From positions 1-24,532 of the IMG/VR virus record IMGVR_UViG_3300031519_000209: a DNA stretch of 24,532 nt; one strand, written 5' to 3'. Source of the DNA: a virus (taxonomy: Duplodnaviria; Caudoviricetes). Below the pieces are notes generated by a model. The model was not told the DNA's origin. It saw only the letters and a program-made list of their open reading frames with translations, and did not search any database. Of this stretch, positions 7,978 through 15,398 are shown piece by piece; within the stretch, counting starts at the first letter, position 1, and each line of letters starts with the position of its first letter. The translations under genes and the position numbers were made by a program.

Positions 7978-10329
7978 TTATTTTTTTATTAATTTTTTTT
8001 CTACACTTCCATTATCGTATATATAAAATAGAAGTTTATTTTTTATTTTTTTTGAAGGTCTTCCTAATAAATCTGTTACATATAGTAATTTCTTTTCAGT
8101 TTTTGTTCTAGACAATAAAGGACCTACCCAGTTATTTGCACAATGATTATAAGTCAATTGACATATATCATCCCACTCGTTGTTACAACAATATTCATCT
8201 ACATCTATTACCCAAGCATAGCAAAGGTCATTCAACCAGTAAGGTGTACCGTCACCAGATATACAATTAGCGCTATATAAACAAGAAGAGCTGTCAGAAC
8301 TATTGACCAATCCTGAATAATTAAAGGCTGACGGATCCATACACCCTTCAACGATAGAAATACACGAACCATTATCAGTATTAGCAAGCGAATCATAGTT
8401 AAGAGCATCCATATCCATGCAACCGTAAATATAAGAAATACAACTAAAATCTTCTGTATTGGCAAAGGAATTATAATTAATAGAATTCGGATTGGTACAG
8501 CCAAAAATATAAGGCAAACAAGTAGTGTTATCAACATTAGCTAAAGAGTTATAATTAAACATTGTACTATCTGTACAGCCGTATAGTATTTCTATACAAC
8601 TACCATCATTAGTATTACAAGTATCACAATAATTAAATTGTGTTGGGTTTATGCATCCATATATAATATCTACACATGAGCCATTATCTACATTTGCGTT
8701 AGGATCCCAGTTAAAAGCTAAAGTATCAATACATCCATAAACTACCCCTATACAACTTCCATTATCTGTATTTGCTAATGAGTCGTAATTAAGTGCTAAT
8801 TGGCTCATACATCCATAGACTATAGCAATACAAGTATCTGGAGTGTTAGCATTAATATTATAGTTAAAAGCTAATGCTTGCATACACCCTTCAACAACAG
8901 CTATACATGAGTTAGGTAATTCTGTATTTGCTGAGTCTACATAGTTAAATGCAGTTGAGTCCATACATCCTATTACTACTAAAGTACTACAAGACCCATC
9001 ATCATAATCATAGTTTGAACTATATTCTAGGTATACTGGATTAGTACACCCCGGTGTATAGTAGCAACTAACATCATCTACGTTAGCTAAACTGTCATAA
9101 TTAATTGCTGTAGGATATGTACATCCAAATATTTTTTCTATACACGAATTACCACAATAAGGTACTGCATTATAACAAAATAAAGGCTGTATAAATGGTG
9201 CCGCTACCTCTATTATAACATCTCCTAATGGATTTGTTAATTTAAAACCACAGTGAGCAGTTGTTAATTGAGCTTGTTGTGTTATAAAAAACTTAAAACT
9301 AACCTGCTCTGGAGCATTTAAGTTTATAGTAAAGTCTTGGCTAAAGCCAGATGTAAGTATAAATATGTTTGTGTCTGCACCTTGTATAACTCTTAAGTAA
9401 GAACCAACCCAACCATCACCCATTAAATCATATAGAGTTAAAGTATAATCACAATTAGGTATAAGATCCATTCTATTAGCTAAATAATCATAATTATACA
9501 TCGTAGAATCAGTACAACCTATAACAACTAAATTTAAACAAGAACCAGTGTCTATATCTGCTATTGGGTTAAATTCAATATATGAAGTATCCATACACCC
9601 ATAAATAGGCGGGCAAGAGTCAGATACAAATGTATGTATTGTATCATTACCAAAGTTAGCTACATCACCAAAAACCACGGTGTCATTGCATTGTATTAAA
9701 TAGTATGATCCATCTTGTCCTCCCCATAAACTACCTGCCAATCCATCCCCATAAGAATCCATCATAGTAAACTCCATTGGACCAACAGGTAAACACATTG
9801 GTACACTGAATGATTGGTAGTTAACCATATAACTATAAGGACCACCTGATTCTATTATTGCTCCTGTTGAGTCTTTTATCTCCCAAGAAGTTTCTAAAGG
9901 AAATTGATCTAAGTTAATATGTAAGAGAGAAGGTATACATAACGGTGGAGGTGGGGGTGGGCAAGGATATATTGTTACAGTAGTATCTCTTTGAAAGAAT
10001 GATCCTATTACAGGACTCCAGTCTATTATATCCCCCTGACAAGTATTACCCATCTTAAAAGAAGCTGGTTGAGATGAAGTCCATCCATCACCATAACTAT
10101 CCCTTAAGCTTATAGTGTAGTTGCCACTGTTAATATCTAAAACAGTATCTAAGTATTCATATTGATTTGTAGGTTGAAAAAATATAGATGTATCACCATA
10201 TCCATCAGACACCATAAAGAAGTTAGACTCTTGTGGTGCGTAGAAATCAAATTGTACTTGAAATCTAACCCATGAGTTTTGAGCTGTTAAAAATACTGGA
10301 AATAATAAAAGTATTAATATATTACGCAC
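7978..10329 (-). CDS. Secreted Cys-repeat surface protein with T9SS-like C-terminal sorting domain
   Basis: Signal peptide MRNILILLLFPVFLTA-Q (likely GTG start at 10329; ORF track starts at 10347); three DxxGDG-containing domains; 13 GC(M/T)D..A.NY...AN.D.GSC repeats; C-terminal TDLLGR...LFYIYDNGSVEKKLIKK. Confidence 0.75.
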   Translation of the reverse strand: MRNILILLLFPVFLTAQNSWVRFQVQFDFYAPQESNFFMVSDGYGDTSIFFQPTNQYEYLDTVLDINSGNYTISLRDSYGDGWTSSQPASFKMGNTCQGDIIDWSPVIGSFFQRDTTVTIYPCPPPPPPLCIPSLLHINLDQFPLETSWEIKDSTGAIIESGGPYSYMVNYQSFSVPMCLPVGPMEFTMMDSYGDGLAGSLWGGQDGSYYLIQCNDTVVFGDVANFGNDTIHTFVSDSCPPIYGCMDTSYIEFNPIADIDTGSCLNLVVIGCTDSTMYNYDYLANRMDLIPNCDYTLTLYDLMGDGWVGSYLRVIQGADTNIFILTSGFSQDFTINLNAPEQVSFKFFITQQAQLTTAHCGFKLTNPLGDVIIEVAAPFIQPLFCYNAVPYCGNSCIEKIFGCTYPTAINYDSLANVDDVSCYYTPGCTNPVYLEYSSNYDYDDGSCSTLVVIGCMDSTAFNYVDSANTELPNSCIAVVEGCMQALAFNYNINANTPDTCIAIVYGCMSQLALNYDSLANTDNGSCIGVVYGCIDTLAFNWDPNANVDNGSCVDIIYGCINPTQFNYCDTCNTNDGSCIEILYGCTDSTMFNYNSLANVDNTTCLPYIFGCTNPNSINYNSFANTEDFSCISYIYGCMDMDALNYDSLANTDNGSCISIVEGCMDPSAFNYSGLVNSSDSSSCLYSANCISGDGTPYWLNDLCYAWVIDVDEYCCNNEWDDICQLTYNHCANNWVGPLLSRTKTEKKLLYVTDLLGRPSKKIKNKLLFYIYDNGSVEKKLIKK

Positions 10330-10414
10330 ATTTACATTTTTTATCATTACATAATCCTAAACATAGTTTACCAAAAGTAAGTTTACATATTAATTTACAT
10401 ATTTTCTTTTTCAT
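10322..10414 (-). CDS. 30-aa cationic six-cysteine peptide MKKKICKLICKLTFGKLCLGLCNDKKCKCA (below the ORF-track cutoff)
   Basis: Hand translation: ATG at 10414 after aaaaaaataat, TAA at 10322-10324; fills the otherwise unexplained gap and overlaps the next gene's GTG. Confidence 0.7.
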   Translation of the reverse strand: MKKKICKLICKLTFGKLCLGLCNDKKCKCA

Positions 10415-10424
10415 ATTATTTTTT

Positions 10425-10784
10425 TTAAAAATCACTCATTATTAATTCATCAATTACTGCTTGCATCTCTTTTCTTGTTGCTTTCATGCTAAACGATATA
10501 TTAGCTTGAAATCTTTTCATTTCTTCTCCATCTTTAAATATAACAACTGTAGGTACAATTATTATATTGTGTTTCTTTTGTATCTTAGGTGCTTTAGCTA
10601 TATCAACATAAACTATATCACAATCAGTTAACTTACCTATATAACTCACTTTGTTTGGATCATTCCAATCAGCATTAAAGTGTGTAACTACTATCTGACC
10701 GTAAGAAGCATTACTAAATAACATTAAAAATATTATTAATAAATACATAGTAAATAACTTCCAAGAGATGTCAGTGTTTTTCAT
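10425..10784 (-). CDS. Exported thioredoxin-fold protein lacking CxxC
   Basis: 119 aa; hydrophobic leader ending ASYG-Q; HFNADWNDPNK in place of DFxAxWCGPCK; cis-Pro loop IVPTVVIFKDGEE retained. Confidence 0.8.
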   Translation of the reverse strand: MKNTDISWKLFTMYLLIIFLMLFSNASYGQIVVTHFNADWNDPNKVSYIGKLTDCDIVYVDIAKAPKIQKKHNIIIVPTVVIFKDGEEMKRFQANISFSMKATRKEMQAVIDELIMSDF

Positions 10785-11059
10785 TATCTCAATTTGTCAA
10801 TTTTGTCTTCTAATCTTATCATTCTATCTTCCATTTTTTCTACCATCTTTTCTGTATTTTCAATAGAGAGTCTTACATTTTGATCTTTCATGTCAAACTC
10901 CATTTTAGATATTTCTGCTTTAGGTAACTCTTTAGCTTCTGCTATATCTGCTTGTAACATAAACCACATACTTACTAATGTAAAAATTAATGCTGCTATA
11001 CCTCCTAGTGTTTTTACACTTAAATTAAAAGTTGTGTCTTCGTTTAACTCTTTTGCCAT
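10784..11059 (-). CDS. Single-pass membrane protein with C-terminal coiled coil
   Basis: 91 aa; hydrophobic LGGIAALIFTLVSMWFML then heptads (IENTEKMVEKMEDRMIRLEDKIDKL); stop overlaps the thioredoxin-fold start. Confidence 0.75.
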   Translation of the reverse strand: MAKELNEDTTFNLSVKTLGGIAALIFTLVSMWFMLQADIAEAKELPKAEISKMEFDMKDQNVRLSIENTEKMVEKMEDRMIRLEDKIDKLR

Positions 11060-11068
11060 TTTCTTGTT

Positions 11069-12100
11069 TTAAAAAATTATATAATTTATGCCTACTTTAA
11101 AGTCGTACCATTCTCTGTTCCAGTACTTATTGTATTTTCCTTCTACAAAGGTCCCTAAATGTTTATTGTACTTGTACCCAAATATTAATCCTCCTGAATA
11201 ATCTAACCATTGTTTACCTTCGTACTTATGATAAGAGTAATCGTTACCATCATCATAATGATAAGGCATTAAGTTGCCCCAAGAGTGTACCCAAAAATCT
11301 TTTTTATAGTGATAGAAGTCAAATCCTAAAACTAAAGAATGTTGAAGAATCATATCTAAATTAGATCTTTCTTTTTCTGTGTATTCTCTTAAAATTGTAG
11401 GAACAACTACTGCTTTCCAAACTTCAGAGTTAGTAGCTACAATATTTCCATTAGGATCACTATATTCATTTGCATATACATCTACATTATATCCTTCCAT
11501 TATAGCTAAATACGTATAGTGTATATCACCGCTAGGTAAAAGCCATTGTTGTAAAGGATCATAACCATAAGGCTCTGATAATCTTTGAGCTAATCCTATA
11601 TTAAAAGAAATCTTTTTATTTATTTTATATCTATATCTTTCTGAAGTTTCAAAAAATCTTATATCTGCAAATCCATCTTCTAAATATTCTCCTTTTATTA
11701 CGTATGAATTATCTACGTATCTTATAAAATGATGTTGATCTAAATACTCTTCTCCTTCCTGTCTAGTATAATCTATTTCAAATAAATACTCTAAACCTTT
11801 TAATTTACCTACAGTAGCAGCATCACTATAATTAGATTCAGTTCCGTCGTAAAATGTTTGAGCTTTATTCTCATATCCAAACCTAGCTATCTTTCTAATA
11901 CCTAAAGCTATATTATAGTCATAAGGAGTTTGTATAGTATTTGTAGTCAATCCATCAGATATAGAATAAACATCTACATCAGAAACAGAAGTACCTCCAT
12001 TAACAGCTCCATAGAATGTAGCAAATTTAAAATACTTTTTTATCTGAGCATCAGCTGCAGTAGAAAAGCAAATTAATATAGTTAGTATTATATATTTCAT
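11069..12100 (-). CDS. Putative outer-membrane beta-barrel protein
   Basis: Likely start MKYIILTILICFSTAADA-Q at 12100; about 12 amphipathic aromatic-rich strands; ends FKVGINYIIF with terminal Phe. Confidence 0.65.
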   Translation of the reverse strand: MKYIILTILICFSTAADAQIKKYFKFATFYGAVNGGTSVSDVDVYSISDGLTTNTIQTPYDYNIALGIRKIARFGYENKAQTFYDGTESNYSDAATVGKLKGLEYLFEIDYTRQEGEEYLDQHHFIRYVDNSYVIKGEYLEDGFADIRFFETSERYRYKINKKISFNIGLAQRLSEPYGYDPLQQWLLPSGDIHYTYLAIMEGYNVDVYANEYSDPNGNIVATNSEVWKAVVVPTILREYTEKERSNLDMILQHSLVLGFDFYHYKKDFWVHSWGNLMPYHYDDGNDYSYHKYEGKQWLDYSGGLIFGYKYNKHLGTFVEGKYNKYWNREWYDFKVGINYIIF

Positions 12101-12101
12101 T

Positions 12102-13109
12102 TTAGTACTCATTATCTATGTTAGTTGATGTTGGTGAGTCAGTAGCTAATGCAATTCCATTACCATTATCTGCAGCATGGTGATTATTCCCACTAGAATC
12201 ACTTGTTCCTAATACTGCTGGTATTGTTACTGATCCTCTACAACAAACACTACTTCCTTCCCCCGCACCTGGCAGCTCTGCACAATTTTCATCGTACTCT
12301 ACAGATGATGAATCTATTATTACAGATTCACATTTACTTGCACTTGACACAATCTGATATACAGTACCTGAAGACGATGCTGTAGTTGTAATCGAGTCTT
12401 CACATTTTAACCAAAGTTTTAAATATGCTGCCCCATCATACACTCCAGAGTCCTCTGTAGGATCTACAGAAAATTCACCATCATTATACATTGCACTTAC
12501 TTCTGCTTGACTTAATTCATAATCTTTCCAAACACAAATATCTTTCATATGTCCATCAAAATCATAGTTAGAATTATCTAATCTATGTCCAATAGCAACT
12601 TTAGAACTAGTATTAGGCATTCCTTGATAAGATCCGCCTTGACCAAAAAGTGTACTAGAAAGTAGCCCATCTTTATATATTTTCATACCATTGTTACTCT
12701 CAGAACCATCATAAGTAGCTACTATGTGATACCATGTTTGATATGGATTATTAATAGTTTCTGCTGCACATGTAGTTCTGTGATAATGACTATCTGAATT
12801 ATCTACTATATCAAACATTAATTGGCCGTAGTGTAAAAATAACTTCCACTCTTTAGTACTAGTTGTAGTACCTTTACCTATTAAAAGACCATTAGCACTA
12901 CTACTTGTTCCACTTACATCTTGTTTTACCCACATTGATAAAGAAAAAGGTTTATCATTGTTAGAGCCATCAGTCATACTAAAATCATTATGATCATCAA
13001 TATTCATACCATCATCAGAACCCTGAAAATCTATTGACTTTCCGTTTGATGCGTAGTACTTCATTTTTCTAGCGCTGTCAGATAATATGTTAGTAGATAC
13101 ACCAATCAT
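12102..13109 (-). CDS. LamG / concanavalin A-like lectin domain protein
   Basis: FSLSMWVK, WYHIVATYDG, MKIYKDG, FDGHMKDICVW...LSQAEVSAMYNDG, DSSGNNHH motifs; true start likely the ATG at 13109 (TAATG coupling) rather than 13178. Confidence 0.85.
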   Translation of the reverse strand: MIGVSTNILSDSARKMKYYASNGKSIDFQGSDDGMNIDDHNDFSMTDGSNNDKPFSLSMWVKQDVSGTSSSANGLLIGKGTTTSTKEWKLFLHYGQLMFDIVDNSDSHYHRTTCAAETINNPYQTWYHIVATYDGSESNNGMKIYKDGLLSSTLFGQGGSYQGMPNTSSKVAIGHRLDNSNYDFDGHMKDICVWKDYELSQAEVSAMYNDGEFSVDPTEDSGVYDGAAYLKLWLKCEDSITTTASSSGTVYQIVSSASKCESVIIDSSSVEYDENCAELPGAGEGSSVCCRGSVTIPAVLGTSDSSGNNHHAADNGNGIALATDSPTSTNIDNEY

Positions 13110-13513
13110 TAGTATCCAAAATATGCTATCACTGCGTGTCCTGCTCCTACAGTTGTGTGTACAGTTAAGGAAGTCCATCGTCCATAAATCATTGTTCCAG
13201 AAGCAAATTTATTAGATGTATCCATAACTACACCTCCAGAACCTGAACCTGTTGTAGTAGTTCCAAAACTAGCTCCCCCAGTTGTGTGGTTTGTTGCGTT
13301 CTCCGCTATTAATGCAGCAAGTCTTGTATTACCGTGAAATTGTACAGCTATAATGACCATACCTGCTGGAGGAGTTATAGCTGAAGCATTAGTGTCTGTA
13401 GATGCTGAACCGTATTGTCCTAACTGCTGGTTACGAGTTGATTGTAGTTCACTTGAAATATTATCTATTAACTGATCTTGCTCTGTTCTTATTGTGCCTT
13501 TACCTATTGTCAT
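13109..13513 (-). CDS. Small virion decoration/fibre-like protein
   Basis: 134 aa; ITPPAGMVIIAVQF...GTMIYGRWT...VIAYFG pattern; coupled to neighbours on both sides. Confidence 0.55.
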   Translation of the reverse strand: MTIGKGTIRTEQDQLIDNISSELQSTRNQQLGQYGSASTDTNASAITPPAGMVIIAVQFHGNTRLAALIAENATNHTTGGASFGTTTTGSGSGGVVMDTSNKFASGTMIYGRWTSLTVHTTVGAGHAVIAYFGY

Positions 13514-13926
13514 TATTCTATTATTTTTATTAAACTATTAATTTGTATTGCTGATATTTCTTCAGGAAGTATATCTTCTGATAATGTATTTAACTCTACA
13601 GACATTTCTTCTGTCATCATATGAGTTACTATATCTAGCTGCTCTCTTCTTTTAGCTACTAAATCTTCATTTTCTTTTTCTAAATTATCAATTTGTTCTT
13701 TAGAGTCTTCAGATTCTGAATTTGCTATTACATTAACTTCTTCAGCTAATTTCATAAACTCTTCTGAAGGTTTTCCTACATCCTCCAATTCTTTTAATTC
13801 TTTTTTTAAAATTATAAGATTCTTGCTAACTGCAAGTCCAAATTTCTTACCTTTTAATTCTTGAACTGCAAATAATGCATTAATTAAATTTACTAGTTCT
13901 CCTTTTTTTGCTGTAATTGTTGTCAT
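13513..13926 (-). CDS. Acidic helical protein, possible fibre assembly chaperone
   Basis: 137 aa; KFGLAVSKNLIILKKEL then Glu-rich coiled coil; directly downstream of a fibre gene. Confidence 0.5.
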   Translation of the reverse strand: MTTITAKKGELVNLINALFAVQELKGKKFGLAVSKNLIILKKELKELEDVGKPSEEFMKLAEEVNVIANSESEDSKEQIDNLEKENEDLVAKRREQLDIVTHMMTEEMSVELNTLSEDILPEEISAIQINSLIKIIE

Positions 13927-13949
13927 CGTCTATTATGATTTGGTTAATT

Positions 13950-15377
13950 TTAACTATTATTTATCACTAAAAAGTGAATTTTACTTGCTGTTGTTGAGGT
14001 TGCCCCTGTAGAGGCTGCATTAAATATTGAAACTTTAAAACTACCTCCCACTACTGTATGTATTGCACAAGATAACTGTGCATTATTTACTGTATTTTCA
14101 TCTTGCATTGTTATAAGAATTACTGAGTCTGCTTGAACTGTACTATTAGTTACTGTAAACTCTGCGTTAGTTGCAGCTGCTAAAGCTACTGCTGCTAATT
14201 GAATTACCCCTGAAGTTGTATTCATAGTAACTCCAGTTGTATGATCTGTTGCTTGAGTAACTGTACCTGACCCAGAATGAATAATACCTTTTGATGCTTG
14301 AGTAATTACTAAGTTACCTGTATCAACACTCACGTTTTGCCCTTCTGATGAAACTGTTAGTCCAGCAGTAGCTGTTCCTCCTGTATAGGTTTTTAAACAT
14401 ACATAACCATCTGATGATCCACTAGTATCTCTACCTGCAGTTATATTTACAGTACCACCTGCTGCGTCTCCTGATGCAGTTCCTGCAGTTAAATTTAAAT
14501 TACCAGCAGCTCCAGAAGCACTTCCTCCACTCTCAATAGTTACTGCCATACCTACATTACTACCTGTTGTAGCAGTAGGTTTAATTGTTGGTGCAGAGTT
14601 ATTAGTAAATCTAATTCCTCCTTTTATATTTAATGTGTCTACAAAAGCTGCAGTAGGTGTATCTTCTCCTACAAAAACTTTACCATCAGAATTAATATTA
14701 ATACCTTCAGCAGTTCCATTACCACTTAACCATCCTGTCCCAAGATCAATTCCATAATTAGCCATATCTAAAACAGCTGACATTGTTGCTAAACTAGCTG
14801 CAATTGAAATAGATCCTGCAGTATTAGATATAGTTACGTTATCACCACCTGTAAGTGTAGCTAACGAAGGTATTCCAGTTGTAGCATTACCTATAAATAA
14901 TTGACCATTAGTTAATGCAGGGGTAGCTTTAATTGTATCTGTTTCACTTGCATAAAGAATAGCTCCTTTTGCAATAGTAGATAGCCCAGTACCTCCATTT
15001 ATCACAGAATTTTCTCCAGTAACAGTTGCTGTAAAGTCTACTCCTGAGTTAAATAGTGAGTTTGTATTATTACACAAGCTAAGATCTATACCAGATTCTA
15101 AAGGAGTTATTACTATATTATTAGAAGCAGTCGATACAGTTAGTAATCCTGCGTCTCCTGATTTAATACCTTTAAAATTTAGTTGATTTTTATTTGTAAT
15201 ATCAATATAAAAATTTTCACTGCCTGTACCTGTAGTACTAAGTGAAGGAAATATTGAAGATGCTAAAAGTTTACTGCTTCTTTTAGTTAGAGAGTTAGAT
15301 GTTTCTATATAATCATTATTATCTATACTTGTTTTAAGTACTGTTCCTAAATCATATATGTTTCTATTTAATGCCAT
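13950..15377 (-). CDS. Tail/head fibre protein
   Basis: 475 aa, Gly/Ala/Thr-rich; LNFKGI, NGGTGLST, GQLFIG, AGNLNLTAG / GGTVNITAG repeats; C-terminal FTVTNSTV...GSFKV...IHFLVI head domain. Confidence 0.75.
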   Translation of the reverse strand: MALNRNIYDLGTVLKTSIDNNDYIETSNSLTKRSSKLLASSIFPSLSTTGTGSENFYIDITNKNQLNFKGIKSGDAGLLTVSTASNNIVITPLESGIDLSLCNNTNSLFNSGVDFTATVTGENSVINGGTGLSTIAKGAILYASETDTIKATPALTNGQLFIGNATTGIPSLATLTGGDNVTISNTAGSISIAASLATMSAVLDMANYGIDLGTGWLSGNGTAEGININSDGKVFVGEDTPTAAFVDTLNIKGGIRFTNNSAPTIKPTATTGSNVGMAVTIESGGSASGAAGNLNLTAGTASGDAAGGTVNITAGRDTSGSSDGYVCLKTYTGGTATAGLTVSSEGQNVSVDTGNLVITQASKGIIHSGSGTVTQATDHTTGVTMNTTSGVIQLAAVALAAATNAEFTVTNSTVQADSVILITMQDENTVNNAQLSCAIHTVVGGSFKVSIFNAASTGATSTTASKIHFLVINNS

Positions 15378-15398
15378 TGTTTTATTTTTTTATTATTA

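Noticed and set aside
8232-8537. 101-aa hydrophobic ORF in an alternative frame inside the repeat protein
   Set aside because: Hydrophobicity is the expected frame-shifted reading of T-ending codons; no independent evidence or lipobox, so not called an embedded spanin
8270-9130. Roughly 78-bp periodicity as CRISPR array or DGR template/variable repeat
   Set aside because: Repeats are degenerate at DNA level, in frame and conserved as protein; no identical repeats with spacers and no reverse transcriptase in the window
10425-11059. 91-aa TM/coiled-coil plus 119-aa exported protein as an i-spanin/o-spanin pair
   Set aside because: The second protein has no lipobox Cys and is a thioredoxin fold; an i-spanin-like role for the 91-aa protein cannot be excluded but is unsupported
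13110-13178. ORF-track N-terminal extension of the LamG protein
   Set aside because: Overlaps the upstream gene by about 70 nt; the TAATG-coupled ATG at 13109 is more plausible
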